This document shows positions 24,866 to 33,414 of a DNA stretch of 64,000 nucleotides, piece by piece. Under the pieces are notes generated by a model. It saw nothing but the letters and a program-made list of their open reading frames with translations. It did not search any database and had not been told where the DNA came from. Each line of letters opens with the position of its first letter. Position 1 is the stretch's first letter. The stretch is from the NCBI GenBank assembly GCA_038064475.1, contig JBBTTA010000002.1, positions 19,195 to 83,194 of the forward strand. Reading direction: 5' to 3'. Position numbers and translations under genes: made by a program. This stretch comes from Patescibacteria group bacterium. GTDB lineage: Bacteria; Patescibacteriota; Minisyncoccia; Phycocordibacterales; EsbW-18.

Positions 24866-27691
24866 TTAGTTTGTTACTGGATCTGTTTGCAACACAAGCT
24901 TCTTAATTTTCTCAATACGGTTGCTGACTCGCACACTTTTTTCGGCCATTTCTTTGACCTTATTGCATGCGTATATAACAGTCGTATGGTCACGATCAAA
25001 TTGTTTACCTATAGATGGGAAAGAGAGTCCTAGGTCGGTGCGAAGAAGGTACATTGCAATCTGTCTTGGCACTACAACGTTTGCACGTCTGGTGTGCTCG
25101 TACAATTCTTCTGTGGTAACACCGTACATCCGAGCAGATGTATTAACTATTCTTTCTGCTTCAGATTTGAGTCTGTTTTCCTCGGCGAGGATATAGTCAT
25201 GCGTGTCTGCTTCATCGTCGAATAGACCACCATCCTCATCTTTGTTTGCGTGAGTCGGTGCAAGTGCTTTGTTGATGATTTGTCTCACTCGTTCACGTGT
25301 AATACCCGATCTTGTCGCAATCTCTTCGAGTGTGTGCCGACGTTGATCTCCGAGCCCATAATACATTTCAACCATCGCACGGGGTCTTTCTTCCATGTTT
25401 TCGAGCAACTCTGTCTCGTCCATCTCGTTCTTCTGCTTCGCTTCCTCCAACTGGTTACTTCTCCTAGCTTCAAGCGGTGTGGGTTCTGCGTCAACAAAGC
25501 AGTCGTAAATTATTTCTCCAAACTCGAGCTTTTTTTGTGCTATGTAAACGGGTATATCAATGGCTGGTCCGTAGTTCTGCGGAATGACGCCTTTTTGGTA
25601 TGCTTCGTTAATCATTCGTCCAAGAGACTCATTCAATATAAGTTCGGCAAGATATAGTTGAGCCTTGTGGGACCCAAGCGCATCCTTCTTTTGTGGATTG
25701 TCACCGAAATAACGTTTGTTTATTGGGTGGGAAGAGTTGATGAGGATAAAGCCCTGAGTGGGGCTACCTTCCATCGGATCGAGAGCCGATTGCTGGTTCT
25801 TTGACAATCCGTTATCAAAATCCCAATCCTTGAACAATCCTGTAACACCGCTTGGCGGATGATCCTTCTTCACCTTGATGTCTACACGACACTGGGCGAG
25901 ATAGCCACCAACATTCGCCTCTATAATGCCTGACTCATCATTTCTTAATCCTCGAATAGTGACCTCCATTTTGGCGACTTTCGACGTGGTCCTCATTCTG
26001 CTCGGGACAGGAATTTTCCCTTTCTTAAGAACTATGGAGTTATTGGTGCTCGTGAAAGTGATTTTGGTCCCTTTCTTTACTGTAGCTAGGTCCACATACA
26101 GATTAAGAACTGTGTCTTTTTCGGCAACCGTCCTCACATATTCAGGATTAAAGGTGATCCCTTTTTCTGGGTACACTATTTCTTCAGATACGATAGAAAC
26201 AACAACGGATGTACTTCTCTTCTCTGCAACGGCTTCCAGTGTGTCGACAGTGCGTGCTTTGGAGCCGGTTACAAGTATTGTCTTTACTAGTAGGTCGTCA
26301 CTGCCTTCAGGTGCTTCGTCTACCATGAATTCCACTGGAGAAAAGCCAATAAGATTTCTTGATGACTTAAGCTTCACGATTGTTCCGGGTTTAACAACCC
26401 GAGTATCGATTGTTATTTGAAGTCCGTATCTTTTTCCGACTGTGATCGATATGTTGTTCCGAGCAAACTGTAGCCCTCCAGTAGGTCGGGTTTTCTTTTT
26501 GGATCGAATTGTGCCACTAACATCTTCTCCCGTGAGCTCTTTGTAGAGCTTGTTCAACTCCTCAAACGCCTTGCGGTGCCTCTCTATGGTCGATTCTGAA
26601 ATGCCCTCATTTGTTCTTTTGTGTCGTTCCTCGTTTAGAATTGGGTACAGCCAGTCCTTAACCTCCAATGCCAATTGTTTGTAAAAATCGTGCTGTTTAT
26701 TGAAGCCGTCTCTTGAGTCAGAAAGGATAGCCTCTGGATGTTTCGAATCGTTAATTTTTTCCAGAATAATCTCTCGGGCACCCGTGAGCTTCATCGTGCC
26801 AAAAAACTTGTCTGCACCCGGCAGATCGTCGAGGCCGAAAAATGTTTGGTCGTAAATTGCTTCTTTGTCATCATAGACAAGTAAACCGTTCTCTCTTTCG
26901 TCTCCCACGGTAGGAAGTGCGGATGTCGCTTTATAAAGCTGCACATCAACAGTAACGGGGGCATACTTCTCGAACTGCAACATGAACCTTTTAGAGTCAG
27001 CGAGGTCCCCTTTAGGGAACTGGTATTTGATAAGACTTTCTTTTGTCCCAGCCCTATCTTTATAAACAATTTTCACCTGTCTCCGGTCGTTGTTATTAAT
27101 TAGGCGCAACATGTAGAACACACCCATTTTCTTCACAAGGTTCTCGTAATCGTGCAGTGGCGTGTTGTCCAACACAAACTCAATGACAGTGCCTCTATCT
27201 CCATCGAGACCCCATTCTTTGGCGATTTTTGTGAGTGGTACGTCTGACTTCTCAATACCGATGTATTGTTTATCCTTCTTCCAATAAAAACTACAGACGG
27301 TGGCTTTGCCGTTTTTTAAAGACTTTATTTTTCCATCCCGATGGTAGAAAAGCACGTCAGACAATCCTTGACCGAATATGCCACGTGCACTAAACCCTTC
27401 GTAAGCTCCGCTCTTGGCGGCACCGTACTCCTTAAACTTCTTTTCAAGTTCTTCTGCCGTCATTCCCTCAGCATGGTCAACGATTCGAATCATTCGTTTT
27501 ACCTTGTCCACAAGTATTGTGACGGGGAATACCAATTTATCCGCCCCAGATTCAGACTCCGTAATGCGTCTATAGCTATCATCCGAATTTGTAATAGGTT
27601 CGGTGAGTGTCTTCAGTAAATTCTTACCGACAGCATCAGACTGCTTTCGTTTTATGTATCGGGACGCAAACTGTACGGCAATTTCAGACAT
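24866..27691 (-). CDS. 941-aa fusion protein: N-terminal GHKL (Hsp90/MutL/MORC-type) ATPase, large central region, sigma-70 region-4 HTH, DnaA C-terminal (domain IV) DNA-binding domain
   Basis: GHKL motifs: N-box EPITNSDDS, G1 IVDHAEGMT, G2 SARGIFGQGLSDV. Sigma70 r4: TLEEIATRSGITRERVRQIINKAL. DnaA domain IV: VVPRQIAMYLLRTDLGLSFPSIGKQFDRDHTTVIYACNKVKEM (DnaA has PRQIAMYL...IG..FGGRDHTTV.HA). Confidence 0.6.
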   Translation of the reverse strand: MSEIAVQFASRYIKRKQSDAVGKNLLKTLTEPITNSDDSYRRITESESGADKLVFPVTILVDKVKRMIRIVDHAEGMTAEELEKKFKEYGAAKSGAYEGFSARGIFGQGLSDVLFYHRDGKIKSLKNGKATVCSFYWKKDKQYIGIEKSDVPLTKIAKEWGLDGDRGTVIEFVLDNTPLHDYENLVKKMGVFYMLRLINNNDRRQVKIVYKDRAGTKESLIKYQFPKGDLADSKRFMLQFEKYAPVTVDVQLYKATSALPTVGDERENGLLVYDDKEAIYDQTFFGLDDLPGADKFFGTMKLTGAREIILEKINDSKHPEAILSDSRDGFNKQHDFYKQLALEVKDWLYPILNEERHKRTNEGISESTIERHRKAFEELNKLYKELTGEDVSGTIRSKKKTRPTGGLQFARNNISITVGKRYGLQITIDTRVVKPGTIVKLKSSRNLIGFSPVEFMVDEAPEGSDDLLVKTILVTGSKARTVDTLEAVAEKRSTSVVVSIVSEEIVYPEKGITFNPEYVRTVAEKDTVLNLYVDLATVKKGTKITFTSTNNSIVLKKGKIPVPSRMRTTSKVAKMEVTIRGLRNDESGIIEANVGGYLAQCRVDIKVKKDHPPSGVTGLFKDWDFDNGLSKNQQSALDPMEGSPTQGFILINSSHPINKRYFGDNPQKKDALGSHKAQLYLAELILNESLGRMINEAYQKGVIPQNYGPAIDIPVYIAQKKLEFGEIIYDCFVDAEPTPLEARRSNQLEEAKQKNEMDETELLENMEERPRAMVEMYYGLGDQRRHTLEEIATRSGITRERVRQIINKALAPTHANKDEDGGLFDDEADTHDYILAEENRLKSEAERIVNTSARMYGVTTEELYEHTRRANVVVPRQIAMYLLRTDLGLSFPSIGKQFDRDHTTVIYACNKVKEMAEKSVRVSNRIEKIKKLVLQTDPVTN

Positions 27692-27693
27692 AT

Positions 27694-28335
27694 TTATTTG
27701 AGCAGATTGGTAAATTTACCCTCCATCCATTGTAGAAAAGCGAGGACCTCCTTATCACCGGCTGTGGTTGCAGAGTTCTTTAATCGATTTAGGTGCTCCA
27801 AAAGTAGTGGCTTTGGCGTGTACGGAGTTGCTTTCAGAAAGGCAAAAAACTCGTAGCTGTTAATTGATTCTTTCACTTGCCATTTTTTATAAGTCTCTGA
27901 ATTCTTGATTTCACTCGTCTCTACTGTTGCAGAACGACCACGAGACCGTGTTGCGGTAGGTGGACGAGCACCGCTCTGTCGTTGAGGATCGTTTAATATA
28001 TCTACGACTTGCTTTCCAACTTCTCTTCCGAGGTCAGTGAGGCTGAATCCATTTTCTACAGTGCCCGTAGCCCAACTCTTCCTCGCTTGGTCAGTAAGGC
28101 GCCTAAGTGCTTTATTGATTCGATTTGTGTCGGGGTATCGTGAAAAATTAGCCATTGAGAACTTCTTTGGAAACAGCCGAAATAAGGCGACGGCTGAGTA
28201 GTCGAAGTAGAGGGGGATTTTCTTCTGCTCTAAAACGCAAAGAGCATACACAGCCAACCTATCGAGATCGATGTTCTCGTAACTCTTCGGTGGAAGAGAC
28301 TTAAGTTCAATGATTTTTTTCTTTTCGTCAGCCAT
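27694..28335 (-). CDS. Hypothetical protein (213 aa) with a basic Arg/Ser/Thr-rich linker, in the defense-like operon
   Basis: Complete ORF. Its start is 3 nt from the 941-aa gene. Confidence 0.45.
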   Translation of the reverse strand: MADEKKKIIELKSLPPKSYENIDLDRLAVYALCVLEQKKIPLYFDYSAVALFRLFPKKFSMANFSRYPDTNRINKALRRLTDQARKSWATGTVENGFSLTDLGREVGKQVVDILNDPQRQSGARPPTATRSRGRSATVETSEIKNSETYKKWQVKESINSYEFFAFLKATPYTPKPLLLEHLNRLKNSATTAGDKEVLAFLQWMEGKFTNLLK

Positions 28336-28341
28336 AAAGGT

Positions 28342-28572
28342 TTAAAGTTTAAACGCCCGCCTCTTCGGATAATGGAACTTGGCTTTTGTTTCCCTGACAC
28401 GACGCTCGATCTCAGAGAATATCTTAGCGATATCCTCTTCGTCATATTCATACACACTACGGTTAGAGCAATTACCGAGAACTTTTAAACGTTGTAAAAC
28501 ACTGTTGGTTCGCTGAGTAGCGAGCCGTTTAAACCTGTCCTTAGATGTCTCTTTTTTATCTATGTTATCCAT
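28342..28572 (-). CDS. Hypothetical small basic protein (76 aa), first gene of the 76/213/941/TIR/TM operon
   Basis: Complete ORF. Preceded by the operator-like palindrome ATCCTTGCAAGGAT. Confidence 0.4.
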   Translation of the reverse strand: MDNIDKKETSKDRFKRLATQRTNSVLQRLKVLGNCSNRSVYEYDEEDIAKIFSEIERRVRETKAKFHYPKRRAFKL

Positions 28573-28584
28573 AGCTCAAGGGTA

Positions 28585-28610
28585 TTCTATCCTTGCAAGG
28601 ATGTCAAGTA
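28585..28610 (-). promoter_or_regulatory. Perfect 14-bp palindrome ATCCTTGCAAGGAT (28589-28602) overlapping promoter-like hexamers TTGACA/TAGAAT
   Basis: Read on the minus strand directly upstream of the 76-aa gene. The hexamer spacing is non-canonical (~13), so the promoter call is weak. The palindrome itself is unambiguous. Confidence 0.3.
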
Positions 28611-28649
28611 TTTATGAAAGGACAGATCCAATCTAGGCCCTACCCTCAG

Positions 28650-28684
28650 CAAAAAACGGCAGTACCCGAAATGGGGACCGCCGT
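28650..28684 (-). terminator. Intrinsic terminator ACGGCGGU-loop-ACUGCCGU + UUUUUU (minus strand)
   Basis: 8-bp stem with one G-U followed by six U, immediately after the stop of the 187-aa gene. Confidence 0.6.
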
Positions 28685-28698
28685 TTCTGCATAAAGGT

Positions 28699-29262
28699 CT
28701 ACTTCGCAAAGCGTTGAATGGCCTGCGATGCTTCGTCTTTGGTCAGTTCGCTCAATTGTGATAGCCAACCCTCACGTTCATCCTCGTCAGCGACATTGCT
28801 CTGAATTAATTCAGTGAGATACGACTTTTGTTTGTCGGTAATACCCACAAATGAATCCTCCGGTGTGTCTGCGCCACCCCATGAGTGAGGCTTTGCATCG
28901 GGACGGAAGATGTCGAGGATCTTTGTGCTTCTCACGATGGCGTCAACAATCGAAGCATTGAATGCATAGCCAATCGTTCGAACGATGAAGCGGTTATTTT
29001 GATTGATAACCGAGGTGCCACGTCCTTGGCCAATTACTTGGTCGCCCTTTTTGATAGTGCAGACAAAGGCAATGATTCCGGGGATATGCTTGAGGGTAGC
29101 AGCAGTCTGCGTATCCTCCTCGAAGGTAGCTGAGAACTGATATGTACCGAGGAGTTTAGTGATCTCCCCACGCACTGTATCTTGTGGCATTTCCTTTTGG
29201 TAATAAGGCTTACGTGTCACCTGGAATGGTGACGGGATGCGGGGTTTGTATGTTGTATTCAT
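28699..29262 (-). CDS. Hypothetical protein (187 aa)
   Basis: Complete ORF. Translationally coupled to the small upstream ORF (7-nt gap). Confidence 0.45.
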   Translation of the reverse strand: MNTTYKPRIPSPFQVTRKPYYQKEMPQDTVRGEITKLLGTYQFSATFEEDTQTAATLKHIPGIIAFVCTIKKGDQVIGQGRGTSVINQNNRFIVRTIGYAFNASIVDAIVRSTKILDIFRPDAKPHSWGGADTPEDSFVGITDKQKSYLTELIQSNVADEDEREGWLSQLSELTKDEASQAIQRFAK

Positions 29263-29264
29263 TG

Positions 29265-29429
29265 TTATTTAGCTAATTTTCTAATGGTAATAAGACCCTC
29301 CTCGTATATGACCTCTATGGATACGCCGAGTTCGAATCCAGCTTTTATGAGAAGCCTGTTAATGATCCGAATCATCGGTTGATTGAGCGTCCCAGGAGCA
29401 CGGGTTACTCGCATGTATCTGATCATCAT
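29265..29429 (-). CDS. Small ORF (54 aa), possible AbrB/MazE-like swapped-hairpin DNA-binding protein; not in the ORF track
   Basis: Hand translation: MMIRYMRVTRAPGTLNQPMIRIINRLLIKAGFELGVSIEVIYEEGLITIRKLAK. The stop is 2 nt before the 187-aa gene start. Family assignment is tentative. Confidence 0.3.
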   Translation of the reverse strand: MMIRYMRVTRAPGTLNQPMIRIINRLLIKAGFELGVSIEVIYEEGLITIRKLAK

Positions 29430-29646
29430 TGGTTGCTAATACACGCCAAAGACACGCATCGACACTGCGTGCTAAAGATGGTCGTTGGCTTAGTTATTAA
29501 TTAATTCCTTCTTTCAATAATCCAGTCGTAATTCGGGACCCCCTATGGGGGGTGATTCGGTTAGGGGTGGTAATCGTGATAGAGGGGGTACATAGGTTAC
29601 CCGCACGGAGCCGGGGTAATTTCGGGCCTTAGCTATACTCCTAAAT

Positions 29647-30018
29647 ATGAGCTGGACCACGCCAACTAGGCACCTGAGAAAGAAGGAGTTATTAGGTAAT
29701 GAGCGCTTTTACCGGCTTCTTTCGGAGCATTCTAATTACATCGACCCTGTAGTGGCCGCTAGTATCTACTTAAGCTTGGTTTATGTAATTGTAGATGAGT
29801 TGCGTAAGCACAAATTCATTCGTCTTCCCACGTTAGGCGATTTTGCGATTGTGAGACAAAAAAGTCGCCCGGCATGGGTCGGCAGAAACCACTGTGTCAT
29901 TGATGGTATGGAGATACTAAAGTTCTACCCGAAATCAAGCTTTCGTGAGTATTTCAACCAGCGCCAAAAGATACAGACACTTTCTTCAATGCCACCGCCC
30001 CCAATTAATTCGAATTAA
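29647..30018 (+). CDS. HU/IHF-like DNA-binding protein
   Basis: LPTLGDFAIVRQKSRPAWVGRNHCVIDGMEILKFYPKSSFRE parallels the HU core [43 protein letters not shown] (beta-arm with G-R-N). Confidence 0.5.
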   Translation: MSWTTPTRHLRKKELLGNERFYRLLSEHSNYIDPVVAASIYLSLVYVIVDELRKHKFIRLPTLGDFAIVRQKSRPAWVGRNHCVIDGMEILKFYPKSSFREYFNQRQKIQTLSSMPPPPINSN

Positions 30019-30200
30019 TTGAATTAATTAAGGCATCTCTTTTTATCGGGTCAATTTACCTATCCTGAAGGTCGAGGACAGAGAAAAATAATTCCTGAAC
30101 CGGCTGGCGGTTATTTTTATCCACTGGTCAGGAAGCAAGACTCTAGTACCGTTAGGGTATGGTGCATACCAACGAAAATGGGTCGAAATATAGTGTTGTA

Positions 30201-30273
30201 GCCCGAAGCGGCGCAGCGAACGTTTGTATGCACCAGCAACAAACCCAACTCGCTCTGCCGCTTCGGGTTTTTG
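30201..30273 (+). terminator. Long imperfect hairpin CCCGAAGCGGCGCAGCGA-N30-TCGCTCTGCCGCTTCGGG + TTTTT
   Basis: 18-bp stem with 2 mismatches followed by a T-tract. Between the HU-like gene and the recombinase-proximal ORF. Confidence 0.4.
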
Positions 30274-30288
30274 TCTGCCAAAAATTGA

Positions 30289-30636
30289 TTGTTAATAGCT
30301 CAAAAGGCTACCATTTCTAATATGGCCATTACTCTAGCCCAATTCAAAGCATCACTTGGCAAACTTGCCGACGGTCTCTCCGACGAGGAGATCCAAAAGA
30401 GGCTCGATTTTACATACCGATTTGCGGAGGGATTTTATGAATGGTTTTCGGTAAGGAAAGGCACCGGGGTTGAAGCAATTACCGGTGCATATGTGAATGA
30501 TGCGATGGCAGATAGTGAGCGTGATGCTGTACGAATAAAGGCAATGAGAAAGGCCGTGCATCTTTTGCCGGAAGCAGATGCAGAGTTAAAGCAAGAAGCA
30601 AAGAAACATGAACAAAGATACCCCTACAAAAACTGA
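30289..30636 (+). CDS. Hypothetical protein (115 aa) immediately upstream of, and overlapping, the recombinase gene
   Basis: Complete ORF. Possible accessory or directionality factor, by position only. Confidence 0.4.
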   Translation: MLIAQKATISNMAITLAQFKASLGKLADGLSDEEIQKRLDFTYRFAEGFYEWFSVRKGTGVEAITGAYVNDAMADSERDAVRIKAMRKAVHLLPEADAELKQEAKKHEQRYPYKN

Positions 30637-32377
30637 TGAGCCGCTCGGGATTGGAGAGACACGGGTAAGTGATACTCGCCAGTTAGATGGCTCGCATGAG
30701 TTTCAAGAAAGCGAAATCAGAAGATTTGCCGCCAATCTTAAAATTGAAATAGCGGCAGATGGCTTTTGGAGCAATACAGTTAAAGGAGACAGCGACGAGC
30801 GGATGACAATGGCTACTGCGCTTGCGTATATTGATGAAAGAATAAAAAACAACAAGCGTCGTGTGACGGATTATTTTTGTTATAACATTGAGCGCTTCAC
30901 TCGTGGTGGACATGCTATGTATGACTTTATGAAAGGCGAGTTGAAGAAACGGGGAGTAAGGATGAGAGATGTAGCAGGAATCATCCAGCCGGATAAAAAT
31001 ACGATGGAAAACTTGGGTATGGATTACAAATGGAGTAACTATTCACCCAGTGGCACTCAAGAGTTGCTTGAAGCAGATAGGGCCAAAGACAACAGACGGG
31101 ACATGCTTACTCGCATGATTGGACAGGAGGTCATTAACGCTCGTCAGGGTTATGCGGTGCACCCTGCACCTGATGGAATGATAAACAAGCGTGACCGCTA
31201 TCACTCTGAGGGTAAACGTAAGCGCCGGTCAACCCGTTATCGAGATCCTGAACGTGCTCCTTTCTACGAAAAAATGTTCAAGCTACGAGCGGAAGGGCAA
31301 ATGTCCGACGAAAAGATAGTGGAAGAAATAAATAAGGATGGCTATCTCTCCAAAGTCCGAACACGCTGGAGTAAAGACAGCAAGACGGAGATCGGATACA
31401 CCGGCGGTATTCCACTTACGGTAAAACAATTACAAGCAATTATTCAACGACCCATATATGCTGGGGTCAATTACGAGGTATTTACGCTCTGGAAACCAGT
31501 AAGGGCTGTTTACGCTGGCTTGGTGGAGATTGATAGATGGAATAAAGCAAATCGTGGCAGATGGTTTATTGAGGAGTTGCCCGACGGGCTATTGCAGATG
31601 CACCAGAACTATAATCCGGAGATACGGACACGAGATAACGAGCAGTACCCCTTCAAAGACGTAATCCTCTGCACTTTTTGCAAGGAATTAGAGGGAAAAG
31701 AGCGGCCATTTCGAGGCAGTGCTTCTCGAAGCAAGAATGGTAATCATTATCCCGCCTATCATGCTGACCATAAAATAAACGGAGTCAGACACAAACGAAT
31801 CGGGGTTAATAAACATGTCTTCGAGAAGCAGGTTGAGGAATTCGTAACCGATCTACAGTTTCAGCCAGAACTGTTGAAGAGCTTTCAATTGGTGCTCATG
31901 GATACATTCAACCAGAAGCAGGCAGGCACTATTGAGGCGGCCACCGGTGCAGAAAAGAGGGTTATCGATCTACAGGAACAGAAGCAGGCGGCTACCAAGG
32001 CCTATATTGCTGCCAATGCTGTTGGTGACGAAGACCTGATGAGCGACATCAAGGCAGAGCGAACTCGATTGGACCAGTTACTAAAGGTCGCCCAGGGTCA
32101 CAGAGATGAACTCGAGGTGGATGAGAGGGATTTGGACGAATTCGTGTGGCGAGTGAACTGGGTGATGGAACACCCCCATGAATTCCTATTGCGTGCAGGT
32201 AGCAAACAACAAAGACGAGCTTACTTCTCGCTCATGTTTGATGAGTTACCAACCTACCAAGACGTATTAGATGGAACACCAAAATTGTCTTGGATTTTCA
32301 GGCTGGATTCGGAAAAACTCCCTGAAAAAGGGTCTGAAAAAAGTTTGGTGCGCCGGGGAGGATTCGAACCTCCGTAG
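30608..32377 (+). CDS. Large serine recombinase (integrase)
   Basis: Resolvase catalytic region GETRVSDTRQ (Ser nucleophile). ERFTRG matches the DRLGR-type motif. KKRGV. Long C-terminal recombinase/zinc-ribbon region with Cys/His cluster CTFCKE...HYPAYHADH. Its stop overlaps tRNA-Tyr by ~30 nt. Confidence 0.75.
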   Translation: MNKDTPTKTDEPLGIGETRVSDTRQLDGSHEFQESEIRRFAANLKIEIAADGFWSNTVKGDSDERMTMATALAYIDERIKNNKRRVTDYFCYNIERFTRGGHAMYDFMKGELKKRGVRMRDVAGIIQPDKNTMENLGMDYKWSNYSPSGTQELLEADRAKDNRRDMLTRMIGQEVINARQGYAVHPAPDGMINKRDRYHSEGKRKRRSTRYRDPERAPFYEKMFKLRAEGQMSDEKIVEEINKDGYLSKVRTRWSKDSKTEIGYTGGIPLTVKQLQAIIQRPIYAGVNYEVFTLWKPVRAVYAGLVEIDRWNKANRGRWFIEELPDGLLQMHQNYNPEIRTRDNEQYPFKDVILCTFCKELEGKERPFRGSASRSKNGNHYPAYHADHKINGVRHKRIGVNKHVFEKQVEEFVTDLQFQPELLKSFQLVLMDTFNQKQAGTIEAATGAEKRVIDLQEQKQAATKAYIAANAVGDEDLMSDIKAERTRLDQLLKVAQGHRDELEVDERDLDEFVWRVNWVMEHPHEFLLRAGSKQQRRAYFSLMFDELPTYQDVLDGTPKLSWIFRLDSEKLPEKGSEKSLVRRGGFEPP

Positions 32378-32432
32378 CCACAAGGGCGCTTGATTTACAG
32401 TCAAGTACGTTTGACCGCTCCGTCACCGACGC
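32346..32432 (-). tRNA. tRNA-Tyr (GTA), type II with long variable arm, CCA encoded
   Basis: Reverse complement: GCGTCGG-TG-ACG-GAGCGGTCAAA-CGT-A-CTTGA-CTGTAAA-TCAAG-CGCCCTTGTGGCTAC-GGAGG-TTCGAAT-CCTCC-CCGGCGC-A-CCA. Confidence 0.85.
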
Positions 32433-32496
32433 GTAATCAGTAGAATACAATAAATAGCAGAGGAAGGCAAAAAATAAAGTTTGTATGAAGTATCTG

Positions 32497-32580
32497 TTGA
32501 CAGAGAAGAATCGTTTGCTACCATTAGGGCATACCTACGAAAAAGACCCTTACAGAGTTCCGTCTCTGTTGGGGGCTTTT
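32497..32580 (+). ncRNA. Promoter-sRNA-terminator module 1 (sRNA ~55 nt)
   Basis: TTGACA-N16-TACCAT, then transcript ...CCUACGAAAAAGACCC + hairpin CCCTTACAGAG-ttccgt-CTCTGTTGGGGG + CUUUUC. Paralogous to the modules at 34809 and 34925. Confidence 0.35.
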
Positions 32581-32614
32581 CATTTCTTCGAGAAAAATTA
32601 GATAGCGTCACCCA

Positions 32615-33040
32615 CTACAGTGGTGCGACGAGGAATGTTACAACGTATTCTTCAGGCGTAATAACAACAGTTGATCGAGGGGCTGGAAGCACTTCGTTAA
32701 TCGAAATCGCATAGCCGTCATATTCAAGCGTAAGATCATTTGAGTTAATGTCCTGAGTTATCTGCGTATCTGTTTTGACTGTAATATTTGCAGTCACCCA
32801 CCCCGCTTGCACACATTGTACATCCACAGCACAACGGTTATCTGAAACAATGGAATTCAAAGTGATTGAAAGGTTTCCTGAATTTTTTGTGTCACCCACA
32901 GAGAGCGGCAACTCCTCTGGCCCACGAACACGCCCATTGTCTGTTACGTCTGCCTCGTCTGTTTTGTCTGTATAGTCTAGTACGTAGTATCCACCGATAA
33001 GAACAAGTGCAATAACAAGTACAAGAAGTACATTTTTCAT
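32615..33040 (-). CDS. Hypothetical secreted protein (141 aa)
   Basis: Signal peptide/TM MKNVLLVLVIALVLIGGYYVL. Complete ORF. Confidence 0.45.
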   Translation of the reverse strand: MKNVLLVLVIALVLIGGYYVLDYTDKTDEADVTDNGRVRGPEELPLSVGDTKNSGNLSITLNSIVSDNRCAVDVQCVQAGWVTANITVKTDTQITQDINSNDLTLEYDGYAISINEVLPAPRSTVVITPEEYVVTFLVAPL

Positions 33041-33118
33041 AAAGAATACGTTAAGACTAGTAACCCCTTACTGCCCTAGTATACCATTTGCCGTAACAGA
33101 GCCGTTTTTTGCCCCAAC

Positions 33119-33162
33119 AAAAAACTATTCTCTAATTCGTGCGAATTAGAGAATAGTTTTTT
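33119..33162. terminator. Perfect 21-bp-stem hairpin AAAAAACTATTCTCTAATTCG-tgc-CGAATTAGAGAATAGTTTTTT
   Basis: Read directly. Bidirectional A/T tracts. Confidence 0.5.
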
Positions 33163-33414
33163 ATCTGTCCGCCAGCCGGCGGTTTTGTCATTTGTTTCCT
33201 CTCTTCCTACAAGCTAAAAAGCTAACGAAGCTACAGGCTAGCTTCTCTATTTCCCTTTCTTCCCTCCTGCCATTCCTCGTCGTGAATTAGGATTTTGACG
33301 AGGTGCGCGCGTCAGGTGCATCTTCTCTTGCATATTCTTCCTCTTATCCATTGGCGCCTGCTTCCCTCCTGATTTTTGTTTGTTGATACTGCTCATATGT
33401 TAAGTGTACACCTC

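Larger units (their letters stand above)
23483..32432. mobile_element. Putative integrated element (~9 kb) bounded by rpmG/tRNA-Trp and tRNA-Tyr, carrying a serine recombinase, an HU-like protein and a defense-like operon
   Basis: The recombinase gene's 3' end overlaps the tRNA-Tyr 3' half. Cargo genes are all on one strand with no housekeeping homologues. HU-like gene and iteron-like repeats sit beside the recombinase. Boundaries are approximate. Confidence 0.5.

Noticed and set aside
29320-29345. tRNA-like T-loop fragment GAGTTCGAATCC
   Set aside because: The flanking bases cannot form a T-stem or acceptor stem on either strand. It lies inside the small AbrB-like ORF.
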